A DNA stretch of 64,000 nucleotides from NCBI GenBank assembly GCA_037447605.1, contig CM074806.1:62001-126000 (forward strand), written 5' to 3'. Shown here one piece after another: positions 1-11,600 of the stretch. The stretch is from Zygnema circumcarinatum SAG 698-1b. Taxonomy: Eukaryota > Plantae > Zygnematophyceae. The notes below the pieces were generated by a model. The model had not been told where the DNA came from, did no database searches, and was given only the letters and a program-made list of their open reading frames with translations. A program made the position numbers and the translations under genes. Every line of letters starts with the position of its first letter. The stretch's first letter is position 1.

Positions 1-100
1 CGGAGTTCCTCGGGGGGAGCTTCAGCTGCGACGCGTACCACATGACGGAGCCGCACCCCGAGGGTGCGCCATCTCGCCCGCCCCTCCTACCGAACCGAAC

Positions 101-131
<31 letters not shown>

Positions 132-183
132 AGGAGGAGGAGGAGGAGGAGGAGGTCTCACACCGCGCGCTGAGGGGTGCAGG

Positions 184-1048
184 CCATGGCGTCAGCCTCT
201 GCATCGAGCAGGCTCTGCAGTCGAGTGGGGTTCGGAGGGAGGATGTGAACTACATCAACGCGCATGCAACCTCCACACAGGCGGGCGACTTGCAGGAGTA
301 CAAGGCCATTGTCAAGTCATTTGGTGGCAATGAGCAGGTCCGCATGCGTCACGCTGAGCCGTCCTGGGCCTTTGCATATGCACTGCACTTTAAGGTCATG
401 CTGTTCGTGTCTTGTCCTCACGGGGCTTTCACCCGAATGTCAACGCTGGTTCTTTGCTTTTAATTCTGACAAGGGCGCAATGTGGCGAACATGTCCAGCT
501 CAAAATCAACTCCACCAAGTCAATGATAGGCCATCTTTTGGGCGCTGCCGGCGCGGTGGAGGCCGTGGCGACAATCCAGGTGAAGGGCGCGCAGTGACTG
601 CCGAGCAGCTTTCCGCCTTCCGTGCTGTTCCCTTGGCTGAACCCCCTGCTGACCCGGCCCGTGTGTGTGTGCGTCTCTGCAGGCCATCCGCAGCGGGTGG
701 GTCCATCCCAACCTCAACGTGGACAACCCCGAGGACTTGGTGGTGAGGCCTCCTCGCCCTCCGCTGTTGGCAGCACTCGTCGTCTTGAAAGATGCATGAC
801 ATGCATTGCACCGTGCGTGTCCTCCGGCATTCCGAACGAACCCGGGGGCTCGCTCGCTGGATTGTGGTCTGACCAGAGGACGTGCTGGGAGGGTGTCACT
901 GCAGGACCCGAAGCTCATCGTGGGCCCCAAGAAAGAGAGGATGGACATAAAAGTCGCCCTCTCCAACTCCTTCGGCTTTGGAGGCCACAACTCGTCAATC
1001 CTCTTCGCACCGTATCGCGAGGAGGGGGCGGAGGCGCGCTCTGCATAG
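184..1048 (+). CDS. KASII: 3-oxoacyl-ACP synthase II (KAS II), 3' exons only; 5' part lies outside the window
   Basis: Exons ~184-337, 499-579, 683-742 and 905-1048 splice at GT-AG to ...VNYINAHATSTQAGD...NSTKSMIGHLLGAAGAVEAVAT...ALSNSFGFGGHNSSILFAPY, the FabF/KAS II C-terminus. Confidence 0.95.
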
Positions 1049-1377
1049 ACAGTGAACTTGAACACATGTATAATACATATATATTTTTATTCTTCGCTTC
1101 TAGGACTGGGATTTGAACGTGTGAATAGAAACACTGAAGATTTTGAGATAGTTCAGATTTTCACTTGAAGCTCTGCTCGTGTAATGCGTGTTCGATGTCA
1201 GTTGCCAGCGACTGTGACCAGACGCTCCATTGCCTGCCTGACTGCCTGCATGCACGACGCTCGCAAGGTCGCGGTCGCTCGCCGTGGCCGCCGCGCGGCC
1301 CCTGCCGGCGGGGGCGGCTAACTCAGAGTCAGAGTTTTGGGCGAAACAAACAAAGTGCGCGTGCATGCCTCCCCCGC

Positions 1378-1515
1378 TCCGTTCCGTCCCGGTCCTTGCC
1401 GCTCGGCGCCGTGTCGTTCCGTTCCGTTTCGTCCCGTTCCGCTCCGTGAACATGGGCATGGACGCGGCGGAGGTCCAGAGTGAAGGGCCGTACGGTATGG
1501 TACGGTACGGTACGG
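1378..1515. promoter_or_regulatory. CCGTTC/GTACGG pentamer-periodic motif cluster upstream of NADK
   Basis: gttccgttccgtttcgtcccgttcc (~1417-1440), ccgtacgg at 1488 and gtacggtacggtacgg at 1500-1515, about 100-230 bp before the ATG at 1610. Confidence 0.55.
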
Positions 1516-1609
1516 CTGCAGGCTGGCGGGCGCCCGGGCGGAGGGGGGGCGCGGCCATGGCGGGGTGAAGGCGCGAGGAGGGCAGAGAGGGGAGGGGGCG
1601 GGGGGCGCC

Positions 1610-4600
1610 ATGGAGAGTCTCATTTCTCAGGTACTTTCTTCCCTGCTCCCTCCCGAGCCCTGGGCTGCTTCCCGCCAGCGCTGGCGCAGTGGCGCTTTGC
1701 GGAGAGCGTCAGCCTCCGCCCGCGGCGGGCGATGGGGGGCAGACAAGGCTCTTCGATGTTTCCAGAAATTAAACTGAAAATCTGCTGAAATCAGAGCACA
1801 GCTATGATATCCCTGGTTATTTCTGGAGGAAAAATAATTAACATGAAGACATCTCTTTAATTTCCCTTTTGGGGGGAGCGGTTGTAGGCCGAACTGGCCT
1901 TGCTCTCTTTCACATGGTCTTCTTCGAGTGACATAAATTAAACCGCATAAAATTTCCCGCGGGATCAATGATGATTGCGTTTCCATGGAAGCCTGCAGGT
2001 GTCTCTTGGCCACGCGGACTCGACCGCGAGCTTGTCGCAGCTGGAGCAGGAGGAGCTGCAGTGGGGAGCGCGGAACTGGCTCTCGAGTATGCGCGAGGCG
2101 GAGGGCGGCCCGAGTGCGGTCCGAGGGCGGAAGCCCGACGACCTCGGCGGCAGCCTCAGTTTGGAGGACCTCGACGGCGCTCTCAATAGTACGTGCCCCC
2201 TCGTTACTCTTGCACTGCTATAACGCTTGTAGCCCCTCTCTGCACTGCTTGATTCCGATTTTAAAAAAAGCATGACCTGTATGTGTATGTCATAGTGAGC
2301 TGTGTCCAGTGAATTTTAACAATTTTAATTTCTGTATGAGGTACGGTTTGGGATACTGGTGTTAGTGAGCGGACAAATAAGCACACTATGATTGAACCAC
2401 TTCATCTGTTCATTGAATAGATCGAAAAAACTTAAGCACTTCGTTGACCTTGATGTTGTAGTTCAGTGATACAACAAAGTGAAGAATCTGAAAATGATCG
2501 GAAGGGCAGAATGTGCAACTTGTCGAACTCTCCACAGCATTTCTGGATGGCCATATGTTGCGAGAATTCGGAACTGAACGAGCAGGTGGATTTTGTGCTA
2601 GCATAGTTTTAGTGTATGCTCTGCGAAAATAGTTTTCGGGATCAATGGATCCATGATGGCCGGAGTTCCTTCGTGAATGCAGGGGTATCCCACATTGTGA
2701 GAGAAGCAATAGAGGCGAAGGCAGCAGCTGAAGAGGAGGCACGCGAGTGGAGGCGGCGCTATGAGCTTGAGTGCGGGAGAGTGGCGGCCGCCAGCCAGGC
2801 CGCTGTGCCGGCAAAGTGCGCTGATAGCATTGCGGCATCATGTCACGGTTCGTCACCCTCCTATGCCTCTCTACACGCCTCAAGTTTTCTGATGGTGAAT
2901 CACAGCCTTTCGTTTAAACTTTACTTCAGAAGTTCCACAAGAGCAGACAACGTCCAGTCTCATGGGGTCTGTAAGATTCTATCTGCGGTTATATCAGCTG
3001 AGACGCACGTTCAGGCTGACAGCAAGCGACTCAGAAAAGTCACCTTGCTCTTTCAAACGAAAAAAACTTCGAAGCTTACAGTTGTGTTCTTTTGATTCCT
3101 GTGCATATCAATCTCCTCTAACTTCGCTTACTGTGTCCAGGCAAGGAGATCCGGCCGCCCGCCAGCGGAAGTACTGGAAACGCGGAGTGCTCCTCTCTTC
3201 CATCTTCAGAGCAGCGCAATGGAGAGCCGGAGACTTCCTGGAAAGGTGAAGGCTGTTGCGGACGGGAAGAAGTTAATAGTCAGCGCACTCTCCAGAGCTG
3301 TCGCTCTTTGAAGGAAATCGAGTTTGGAATCGGGGAAAACAATGTTGGTGTTTCAAAGGTGAGCGGAGTCCCTGGGTCGTTCTTTTGAATGGCACCAATA
3401 TCGTACTATTGCAATTGCTGTTGTTTGCTCGACCTTCAGAAACGCTACAGAAAATAAACAGTGTGTTTGACAATTAACCATCAGCCATAAGAAGATGCTG
3501 AGACCTTCTGGCCCTGGTCCGATGCCCCAGGCACCTGCAGCGGAGGGACGGGTACAAATTCCTCTGTTATAGTTTGGTGAAGTAGTTGGAACTATTTGCA
3601 TAGATAGTACCTAATGCTCTAGGAGTTTTGTCAATTTCCTGGGCAAGTTTTCTACAAGTGATTGCTTCTTACACTCTGGGTTTGCCTGCCACCTTCAGGC
3701 TGCTTTCCATCTGGCGTGGGGCCCTGCGGAGGAAGCCCTTCACCGGCACCGGCACGACATCGTGTCCTTCCAGCAGGGCAGCATCAGCAGCGCGGTGCGC
3801 GGCAGCCGGCAGATCCACCTCCTGTGGGACTCGCCCCCCCGCCGCGCCCTCCTCGTGACCAAGCCCGCCTCGCCCGCCGTGCGGGACCTCTGCGCGCGCA
3901 TGGTCGCGTGGCTCAGGGAGGAGCACGGCATCGCCGCCGTGGTGGAGCCGAATGTCCTCAAAGAGCTCAGGGATCGCAGCTCCGAGTTTGATGGAGTCGA
4001 GACATGGAATGGTACGGACGGAACTACTGGCTGGGATGTGCTGCGCGCATGCTATGCTGCCGCGGGGTCAGGTGATGGCGACTTACGGCTTCATCCTCAT
4101 GGCAATGCGATGTTGCATTGCACGGGGGGGCGTGGCAGAGGAGCAGCAGCAGGACCTGCATAAGAAAGTGGACCTGGCCATCACCTTAGGTGGGGATGGA
4201 ACCGTTCTTTGGGCCGCTTCACTCTTTCGCGGGCCAGTTCCACCGCTCATCTCGTTTGCGTGCGGGAGCCTCGGATTCATGACTCCGTTCTGTATCCAAC
4301 ACTCAGTGCCCCCGCAGCGGTGCTGTTATATTGTCTGTCTGTCTGTTCCCCTCCCACTTCCTTCTAGCTTTCATTGGCCTGTTCTTCTCCGAAGCAAGCC
4401 TTGACCCCTGCCGGTCGCAGCTGTGGAGGATTTCCCCTTGTGCTTGACGCGGGTGATCCGCGGGCCGCTCTGTCTGACCCTGCGCAACCGGCTGCGCGTG
4501 CGGATTGTCCGGCGGGCGGGGGGAGAGGAGGAGGGCGCGTGCACGAACCTGCGGTCGTGCCCCTCGGAGGACGACAGACTCGTGCTCAACGAGGTGGCCA

Positions 4601-5339
4601 TCGACCGCGGCATGTCCTCCGCGCTCACCAATTTGGACTGCTTCTGCGACGGCCTTTTTGTCACCTCTGTGCAAGGCGATGGCCTCATCCTCTCTACGAC
4701 CTCCGGCTCCACTGCATACTCGCTGGCAGCTGGAGGCTCCATGGTGCATCCTGAGGTTGGTTTGTTTCCTATGTTCCTCAAGATCCCCTTGTCCTGTATG
4801 ACGGACTCATCCTCACAAATCGTTTACAGTTAGTAGCAGCTCTATTCTGCTCGAGGGATCTGCGCTAACTGACTACTCTGCAAATGGCGATGTGCTGGGC
4901 CTTCCTTGGCGCATGCAGCTGTGCTGTTTGCTATGAAGGAGAGAGGACGTAGAGTGCAGGGGGTGAGAGCGGTGTTTGCGAGCATCTTGGCAATGCGGGG
5001 TTGGTGCGTGCGTGCGTGCAGGTGCCCGGCATTCTGTTCACGCCCATCTGCCCGCACTCGCTCTCCTTCCGGCCGCTCATCCTCCCCGAGCACGTCACGC
5101 TGCGGGTGCAAGTGCCCGCCCAGGCTCGGGGGCAGGCCTGGGTCAGCTTCGACGGGCGGGACCGGCAGGCCCTGCAGCCCGGCGACGCGGTGGTCCTGCA
5201 GATGTCCGCGTGGCCGCTGCCCGCCGCGTGCGACCTCGGCTCCACGGCGGACTTCCTGCGCGGCGTCAACGAGAGCCTGCACTGGAACCTGCGCAAGCCG
5301 CAGGGGCCTCCCCTGTCCGCCGGCCCGCCGGCTCGCTAG
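1610..5339 (+). CDS. NADK1: NAD kinase, NADK1-like (cytosolic type)
   Basis: Exons ~1610-1630, 1999-2188, 2683-~2815, ~3140-3245, 3296-3358, 3699-4011, 4139-4291, 4421-4755 and 5022-5339. Motifs: EWRRRYELE (NADK1 N-terminal region), [54 protein letters not shown]. The exons between 2.8 and 3.4 kb are uncertain. Confidence 0.93.
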
Positions 5340-6462
5340 CGGCCCAAGGCATTGTGCAGTGAAACGGCATCTCATGCACATGTTGCACAACTCCTCGCTA
5401 GGGCACTCGGTGCTCCATCGAATTAGAGGCTATCATAAAGTTCTGCCGGGAATAACTCCCAGGCAGTCTGTTGCAATTTCGGGATTAAGCGTAAGCATGT
5501 CGGGGTAAGCATAAGCACCTGACGATCAGGCAATCAATTCGTGGACGGCCATGCTGTCCTTTCGCTGGGGGTAGCTTTCTCTGCCATTTGCAGGGACTTA
5601 CTACGAATTTTTTAATTTAGGGCCCACGATTGTTTCGCAGAAATGACCGGTGGGAGGTGGCAATCTGCACATGTCTGTAGCCTTGCGAGGCAGACAATGG
5701 TTGTACATAAGCGAAGACTTTGAATAACATGAGGTCCAGGCGATTCGCTTGTGCCATTAAAGGAGCGGTCTGTCGGAAGTGAGGACGAGAAGCCGTTCCA
5801 TTGCATCGTTCGAGGACTATGCCTGGGCTGCGGGTCGCGGGTAGGGACGCTTGTCATGGCCATCCATAATCGGATCGAGGTCCGATCGAGAGCCCGACCT
5901 GAAGGGGTTGTAGGGTTCCTTGCCTACAGTTTTTGGGGTTTCAAGGGTTGAGGGAATTTAGGGTTCCTACAGGTTTTAAGCATTTTGTTAGAGGTAAAAC
6001 GTTCGTGCTGTATTTCCGAGCCGTTGTGGCGAGACCGCCCGCGAGTGTGCGCACGGCACCGAAAAGCGCACATTCCAGTCCATTCCAGTCCAGTCCGCGC
6101 GCGCGCTCGACGTCGTTGCGGGCGGGTCAGACTTAAAACATGGCCAAATTAATAAGGCTAGTAAGGCTGTCGGGCGAATTAAGCATTGTACGGCGAAGGA
6201 ATTTAGTACTCAGCGCCGGTTCGGTAATTTTGGATTCTTTTGTGACGCGCGCGGCGACGAGGCACAGGGAAGGAGAGAGAGAGAGAGACCTCCGCGCTCC
6301 GTCCCTCGACGCTCAGCAGTCAATCAGGGCTCTCCCTCCCTCCCTGTGGACGACCCGCCCGCCTTCGCTTCGCTCCGCGAGGCTGCGCTCGCCCTCGCCC
6401 TCGCCGCCGCGCCTCTGTAGTACAGCAAAGGGGCAGGGCAGGGCAGGGCAGGGCAGGGAGAC

Positions 6463-7964
6463 ATGGCCGCGCTCCAGTGTGCTGCAACCATGCTCGCTCG
6501 TTCAGGTTCAGGGGACTGCGGCTGCTCCCTGTCGAGAGTAGGCGCGGGGAGGGACGGTGTCCGGACGGCTGCTCCTCTGCTCGCCGCCTGCCCTTCAGCT
6601 CGCCTGCACTCCTCATTTCCCGCGGGCCTTCGTACGGAGACCACCTCTCGCCGGACTTTCAGGGGGGGGGTTTCAGTCAAACCGGCGGCCCCGGTTGTGT
6701 GCAGCACGGCAGTGCAAGGTGCGTCACTCGTCTGTTTGGCCCCCGTCGGGACAATCAGCAGCCATGCGCAGCTCTCTGTCGAAGATTGTAGACGACTCGC
6801 CCAGAGTTTGCTACGACACTTTTGATCAGAAATGCTTGTTCGATGTTGAAATCCCTAATAACGTGGAGAAATAGTTGAGCTGGGATAATGAGCTGGGAAA
6901 TTGCGCTGGCTTTGAATATTATGTTATGTTTTAGGCAGTGACTTATCGTTACCACCAATGAGCAGATTATTCGGAGTGTCATCGATTGGAGGTATTCTAA
7001 TTCACCAAAGTTTTGTTCAGTCTCCCGGGCAATGCGTACCTGGACAGAAAGAAAGTAGTTGACTGATGCCCCGCATGTGTAACGCCCTCAGTTCCCCTTA
7101 GAGACTTTAGGAATGGAAGTTTGAGGACACGGTTACCCATCATGTGTGCTGCACAAGAGCAGACAGAGTAAGCTGCAATTTTTAACTTGCTTTAGTCAAG
7201 CAGGGAACTTCATTTTCTTGTCAGAAAAAAACAATAAGAAGTTTATAGAATTATTAGACTTATTGTAATCTCAACACGGCGAGGTTTAAGGTAGAGATTC
7301 AAACGTAGAGACGCGAACGTTCATTGGTCGAAGGTTTGTGATGGAAACGGTAACACATCAATCCATCATTTCAATGAGCATATTAAACATACTGACGTGA
7401 TGTGTCTTTGTGCACAAGCGTATCTGAAGAGGAGAAGAATCAAAAAAGGAGAGAAAATCTCGTCCAACATGCACCGTGTGCTCGGTACTGTCATTGTGTA
7501 CACGTGTGTCGTTATTGGGTTGGCTCCCCTTCGCAACACAGGTCGTGTCCCTGAGGAATGAGCAGGAGCAAGCGCGCATTGCTTTGACGCGCATGTGATG
7601 GGGGGGGGATGCAGCCAAGGCGCCGATCACCTTCCACATTGGGGAGACGTCCCTGACTCTTCCCTTTTCCCCTGAGGCGGCTCGGGGCCTGGACGCTGCC
7701 ATAGCGGCGCTGCTGAGCACGTTCAAGGAGAAGGAGAAGGCGGAGCGGCCCAAGCGGTGGCTCAACATGGAGTTCCGCCTCAGCGGTGACGTCAGCGCGG
7801 GGGAGGTGTTCCTGGAAGCGTTCTGCAACCCGAACGCATACTCCAACGCCTTTCAGGCGAAAGTGCTCATCACCGTCAGGGACGACCGGATGAAGTTCAC
7901 GTCGGAGGGGGCGCTCAGCGCCATTAAGGCAGACGTGGACCAGTACTTGGCGGCTCACGCTTAG
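6463..7964 (+). CDS. Probable plastid-targeted protein of unknown function, ~201 aa, cyanobacterial-like mature domain
   Basis: Exon 6463-6718 (Ser/Ala/Arg-rich, transit-peptide-like) joins exon 7615-7964 in phase 1 with no stop, total 606 nt. Mature part: ...LTLPFSPEAARGL...EVFLEAFCNPNAYSNAFQAKVLITVRDDRMKFTSEG...DVDQYL. Confidence 0.8.
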
Positions 7965-8654
7965 GCCGTCCGCGCTGCTGGCTTGTGGTCTCTTTTCATT
8001 CGCATTATGAATTGCAAATGGACGTGTTTTTCTATTACTCGCAGAAATGAATTTCCTCCAAGCCGGCTGTATGTATGTGTGTGGAGAAATGCGTGTCTGG
8101 CAGACGACTGCGACTGCGAGAGGGCCGACTTGCCTGGTTCCACCTTCGAGCAAGCGCTCTTCTTTGGAGGAATGGCCGGCGTTGGCCCGAGGACAGTGTC
8201 GTCCTCGCACTGCTCTTGCCTTACAAAAAGAGATTCTGCGCGTCGTCATTTGGGTGCGTTTGGACACTGCGACATGCTGCAATGACCCGCTCTGTTTGAG
8301 GTCACAACTTCACGAACTACGACACGTGTCCGCATCACTTGGCGTGATGCTTTTGCGTTGTGTCCCATTTGCTGACGTCACAATGGAGTGCAAAGGAGAA
8401 ACAAAGCAATTCCTAAGCAGCGGGCGGGCGGGGCGAGAGGACAGGGCGCCTTGCCTTTACCCTCCCTCCCTCCCCCTCCCTCCCCTAGCGATGTTCCCGG
8501 CCCCGCCGTGGAACGGGACGGCACGTAACGGGACGGAACGGAACGGCGGCTCATGGCGCTGGAGGGGAATATGCCGTTCGTCCGTGCGGCCGTCCGTCCG
8601 CGCCCTCGCGGGAAAGCTCCGCGGCGGTGGCGGTGGCGCTGCCCGGAGGAGGCC

Positions 8655-11600
8655 ATGGACGCCATGGAGGCAATGGTGGTGGCCGCCGCGGCCCCTCACT
8701 GCCTTGCCGCCGTTAACCCGCCCCAGCGCGCAGCCGCTGCCCGCCTGGGCAGGCGGGTGGGGGCGGCGAGGGCGTGGAGCGCCTTGCCCTGCAGCAGCGG
8801 CGGCAGCAGCAACAGCAGTTGCAGGGGCAAGGCTCTGCCAGGCGCAGCGGCGAGCCCGCAGGTGCGACTTGAGGGAAGCTGTCCGGGCTGCGGAAGGCTC
8901 CCCGGGGGCTCCAAGCAAGGGCTGCGGCGGAGGCGGGCTCCCACGCGCCTACGCGCTGCGCGAGATGATGTCGATTCTCCGCCGACCCCGACGCCTGCCT
9001 CCTCCTCCGGGAGCGCGCAGCACGTGGCCGCCTCTTCTGCCGGGGAGGATGCCTCGGCCTCCGAGACCACGCAGCCCCTTTTGTTGGATGGACGGCCGTC
9101 TCCACAGGGGCGACTGTCTGTTATACTGTCGACTGCTCTCGCATTCGTCATTTGCAACATGGATAAGGTACTTTGTGGCTCTCACTGTCGTCTAATGAGC
9201 AAAAACAGCCTAGCCGGGCCGTATGGAGAATTTTGCAGGAGTTTATGTACCTTTTATATAGGCGTAACAGGAGTTTTTTCTCTGATATATGCCGCTGAAA
9301 GCGGACATCCCATGCCCTGATATGTACATCTTCCAAGAGGAACTTTTTTCTTTCATTGACTTTTTCGTTTTTTCTCAACTTTTTGTGAGGGCGAGCAGAG
9401 CTATCTTCCATTAGAAGCAACGTTTGCATTGCAGTTGATGCTTACCTGTTCATAACTTACCCTTCTGCGAGGTGCAAGTTTGGTCTTTTCTTTGTTTACA
9501 TTGTACGTCGAACCTCTTGCCACAGCTTTTGCGCCTGAATGCTGTGGAAGCAGGTGAACATGAGCGTGGCCATTATCCCCATGTCGCAAGAGCTCGGCTG
9601 GAGCACTTCCGTGGCGGGTCTCGTTCAGTCGTCGTTCTTCTGCGGCTATGCTGCCAGTCAGTTGCCCGGCGGTTGGCTCGCGCAGCGCTTCTCTGGCAGG
9701 CAGGGCGCGCCCTCCCCCGCACGCGCCGCTCTCTCAGGCAGCGTCACGTGCTGCCCTGCCGCTGCTTCCACTGTTCCGTGACTGCTCCGGTTGATTTGCT
9801 TTCTGCAAAGCATGCCATAATACATATTAAGCTGACCCTATTAGTAACGAGGTTTGGAGTCAAGGCCACTGTTTCGTACAAGTGCCATGGGTTAAGACGA
9901 GATCTGAGGAACATACTTTTTCTTTGGGCGAAAATCGGAATACAGGACTGTTCTTTTGTTTGGAGTGCTTCTCTGGTCGGTGGGCACTGCATTGGTCCCA
10001 GCTGTCGCTTCATGTGTTCCGCTTTTGCTCCTTATCCGCTTTCTGGTAAGCCCCCTTTTCAACACTTTTTTTTCTAAAAAAAATTCATAATTTTTCAATT
10101 ATTAATCCCGAAGAGCCCGGTATATGAGTCGAGTTTGTGCAGAAGTTAAAACATTAAATAATCCGGATGTCTCAGTAGTGTGCCTTGTCTGCTCTTCGCC
10201 ATGGTTCGGCCGCGGCTTCAGCGGATGGATAAATGTGTAACATAGGATGAGGGGCATTACACATTAAGGGGGCGGCCCTCCTGGAATGGACTTGTGTGGG
10301 CCATCTTAGGGCGATGGCAGTGTATGGGAGGATGTAAATGGGACCCTAGTTCACGTCTCCTTGTTTGTATCATGAATTATCACTACACGATGCCCAATTT
10401 CTCCCGCTTATCTCCCAAAAGAATACTTTGCCTTTACCCAGCTGCATGAATGGCTTACAGATCTCACATATTTTATTATGTAATGCGTGGATTAGTAAGA
10501 AGACGTGATTTGCCGGCAAGCCAATAGATTAACAAAACACGGTACATCCGTGTATGGCCCTGTTTATGGTGAAAAAACTGAGGAGAGTTATTGATTGAAG
10601 AGGGTGCCCAGGGCATTGTAACGACAGCCTATGGCAAAAATTCCATTTATCCTTATTTATTTTCAATTAAAGAGTATATTTGAATCCTCAGCATTCTGCA
10701 CCGTGCACGTGCAGGCTCACAGCGTGGGATTGTGTTGGCAGATAGGTCTCGGGGAAGGAGTGGCTCCTCCTGCAGCAACCGATCTTATAGCCCAGTATGT
10801 GCCGTGCTCACGACCTACCTTCGTTCGTTATGTGCCGTGCTCACGATCTACCTTCGTTCGTTCTTCGTTGCGTTTAGCGGCTATTTGTGTCGTATTGCGA
10901 ATCTCTTGATGTCTCTGTGCTATTGTCCTCAACGTTGCAACAATTGATATCTGTGAAATACGAAGTAGTGAATGAGGTGAACTATATCAGGGGACCTTGC
11001 ATATGAGGGACTAATGCCAGAGGTGAATTTTCTATAGCCGTGCCAGTGCTGCGGTGCGCGCTCTGAGGGGCGGCCCTTGCAGGGCCGGGGGGGGAGCAGG
11101 GCGGTGCCGCCGGAGGAACGCTCGCGCGCGGTCGCCACCGTCTTCGGCGGCCTCAACGTGGGGAGCGTTGCGGGGTGCGTCCGTTTCTCCTTTTGTGGAT
11201 TCATCAGATAGAACCATGTATACTGGATAATGAAATTTTACAGGCATTGGGACAGGATATGTGGGGGCGGTAAATGTACCGAAATCGCAAAAACCGTCAG
11301 AGGGTGCAAGGAGCGAGCACTGTTCAAATCTCGCAGGCTCTTAAGGAAAGGAATTTAGGTCTGCATCATGCGGCTGTGGAATTCTGCCATTCACGTAATT
11401 TCATGGTTTCCTCAAAGTAGTGTAGTTTCAAGATTAGGTGGAGGTCACTCCAGATGAGCCCATGTTAGCCTGGACTAAGCCCAATGGTTGCATGTTTGGG
11501 AGCTGCACAGCCTAGTACTGGCGCCACTCTGCATAAAGTATTTCGGATGGGAATCGGTATTCTACATCTTCGGCTTGGCTGGAATCGTCTGGTGAGCCAC

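Noticed and set aside
5400-6140. Telomerase RNA candidate (AACCCTAAA template-like 9-mer with a USE-like TCGCCACAACG upstream on the minus strand)
   Set aside because: There is no clean TATA or recognisable TR structure, and the same 9-mer occurs in the SnRK1beta leader, so a telobox is the simpler explanation.
10795-10875. Repeat pair resembling a CRISPR unit
   Set aside because: Only two adjacent copies with no spacers, inside a eukaryotic intron; a simple tandem duplication.
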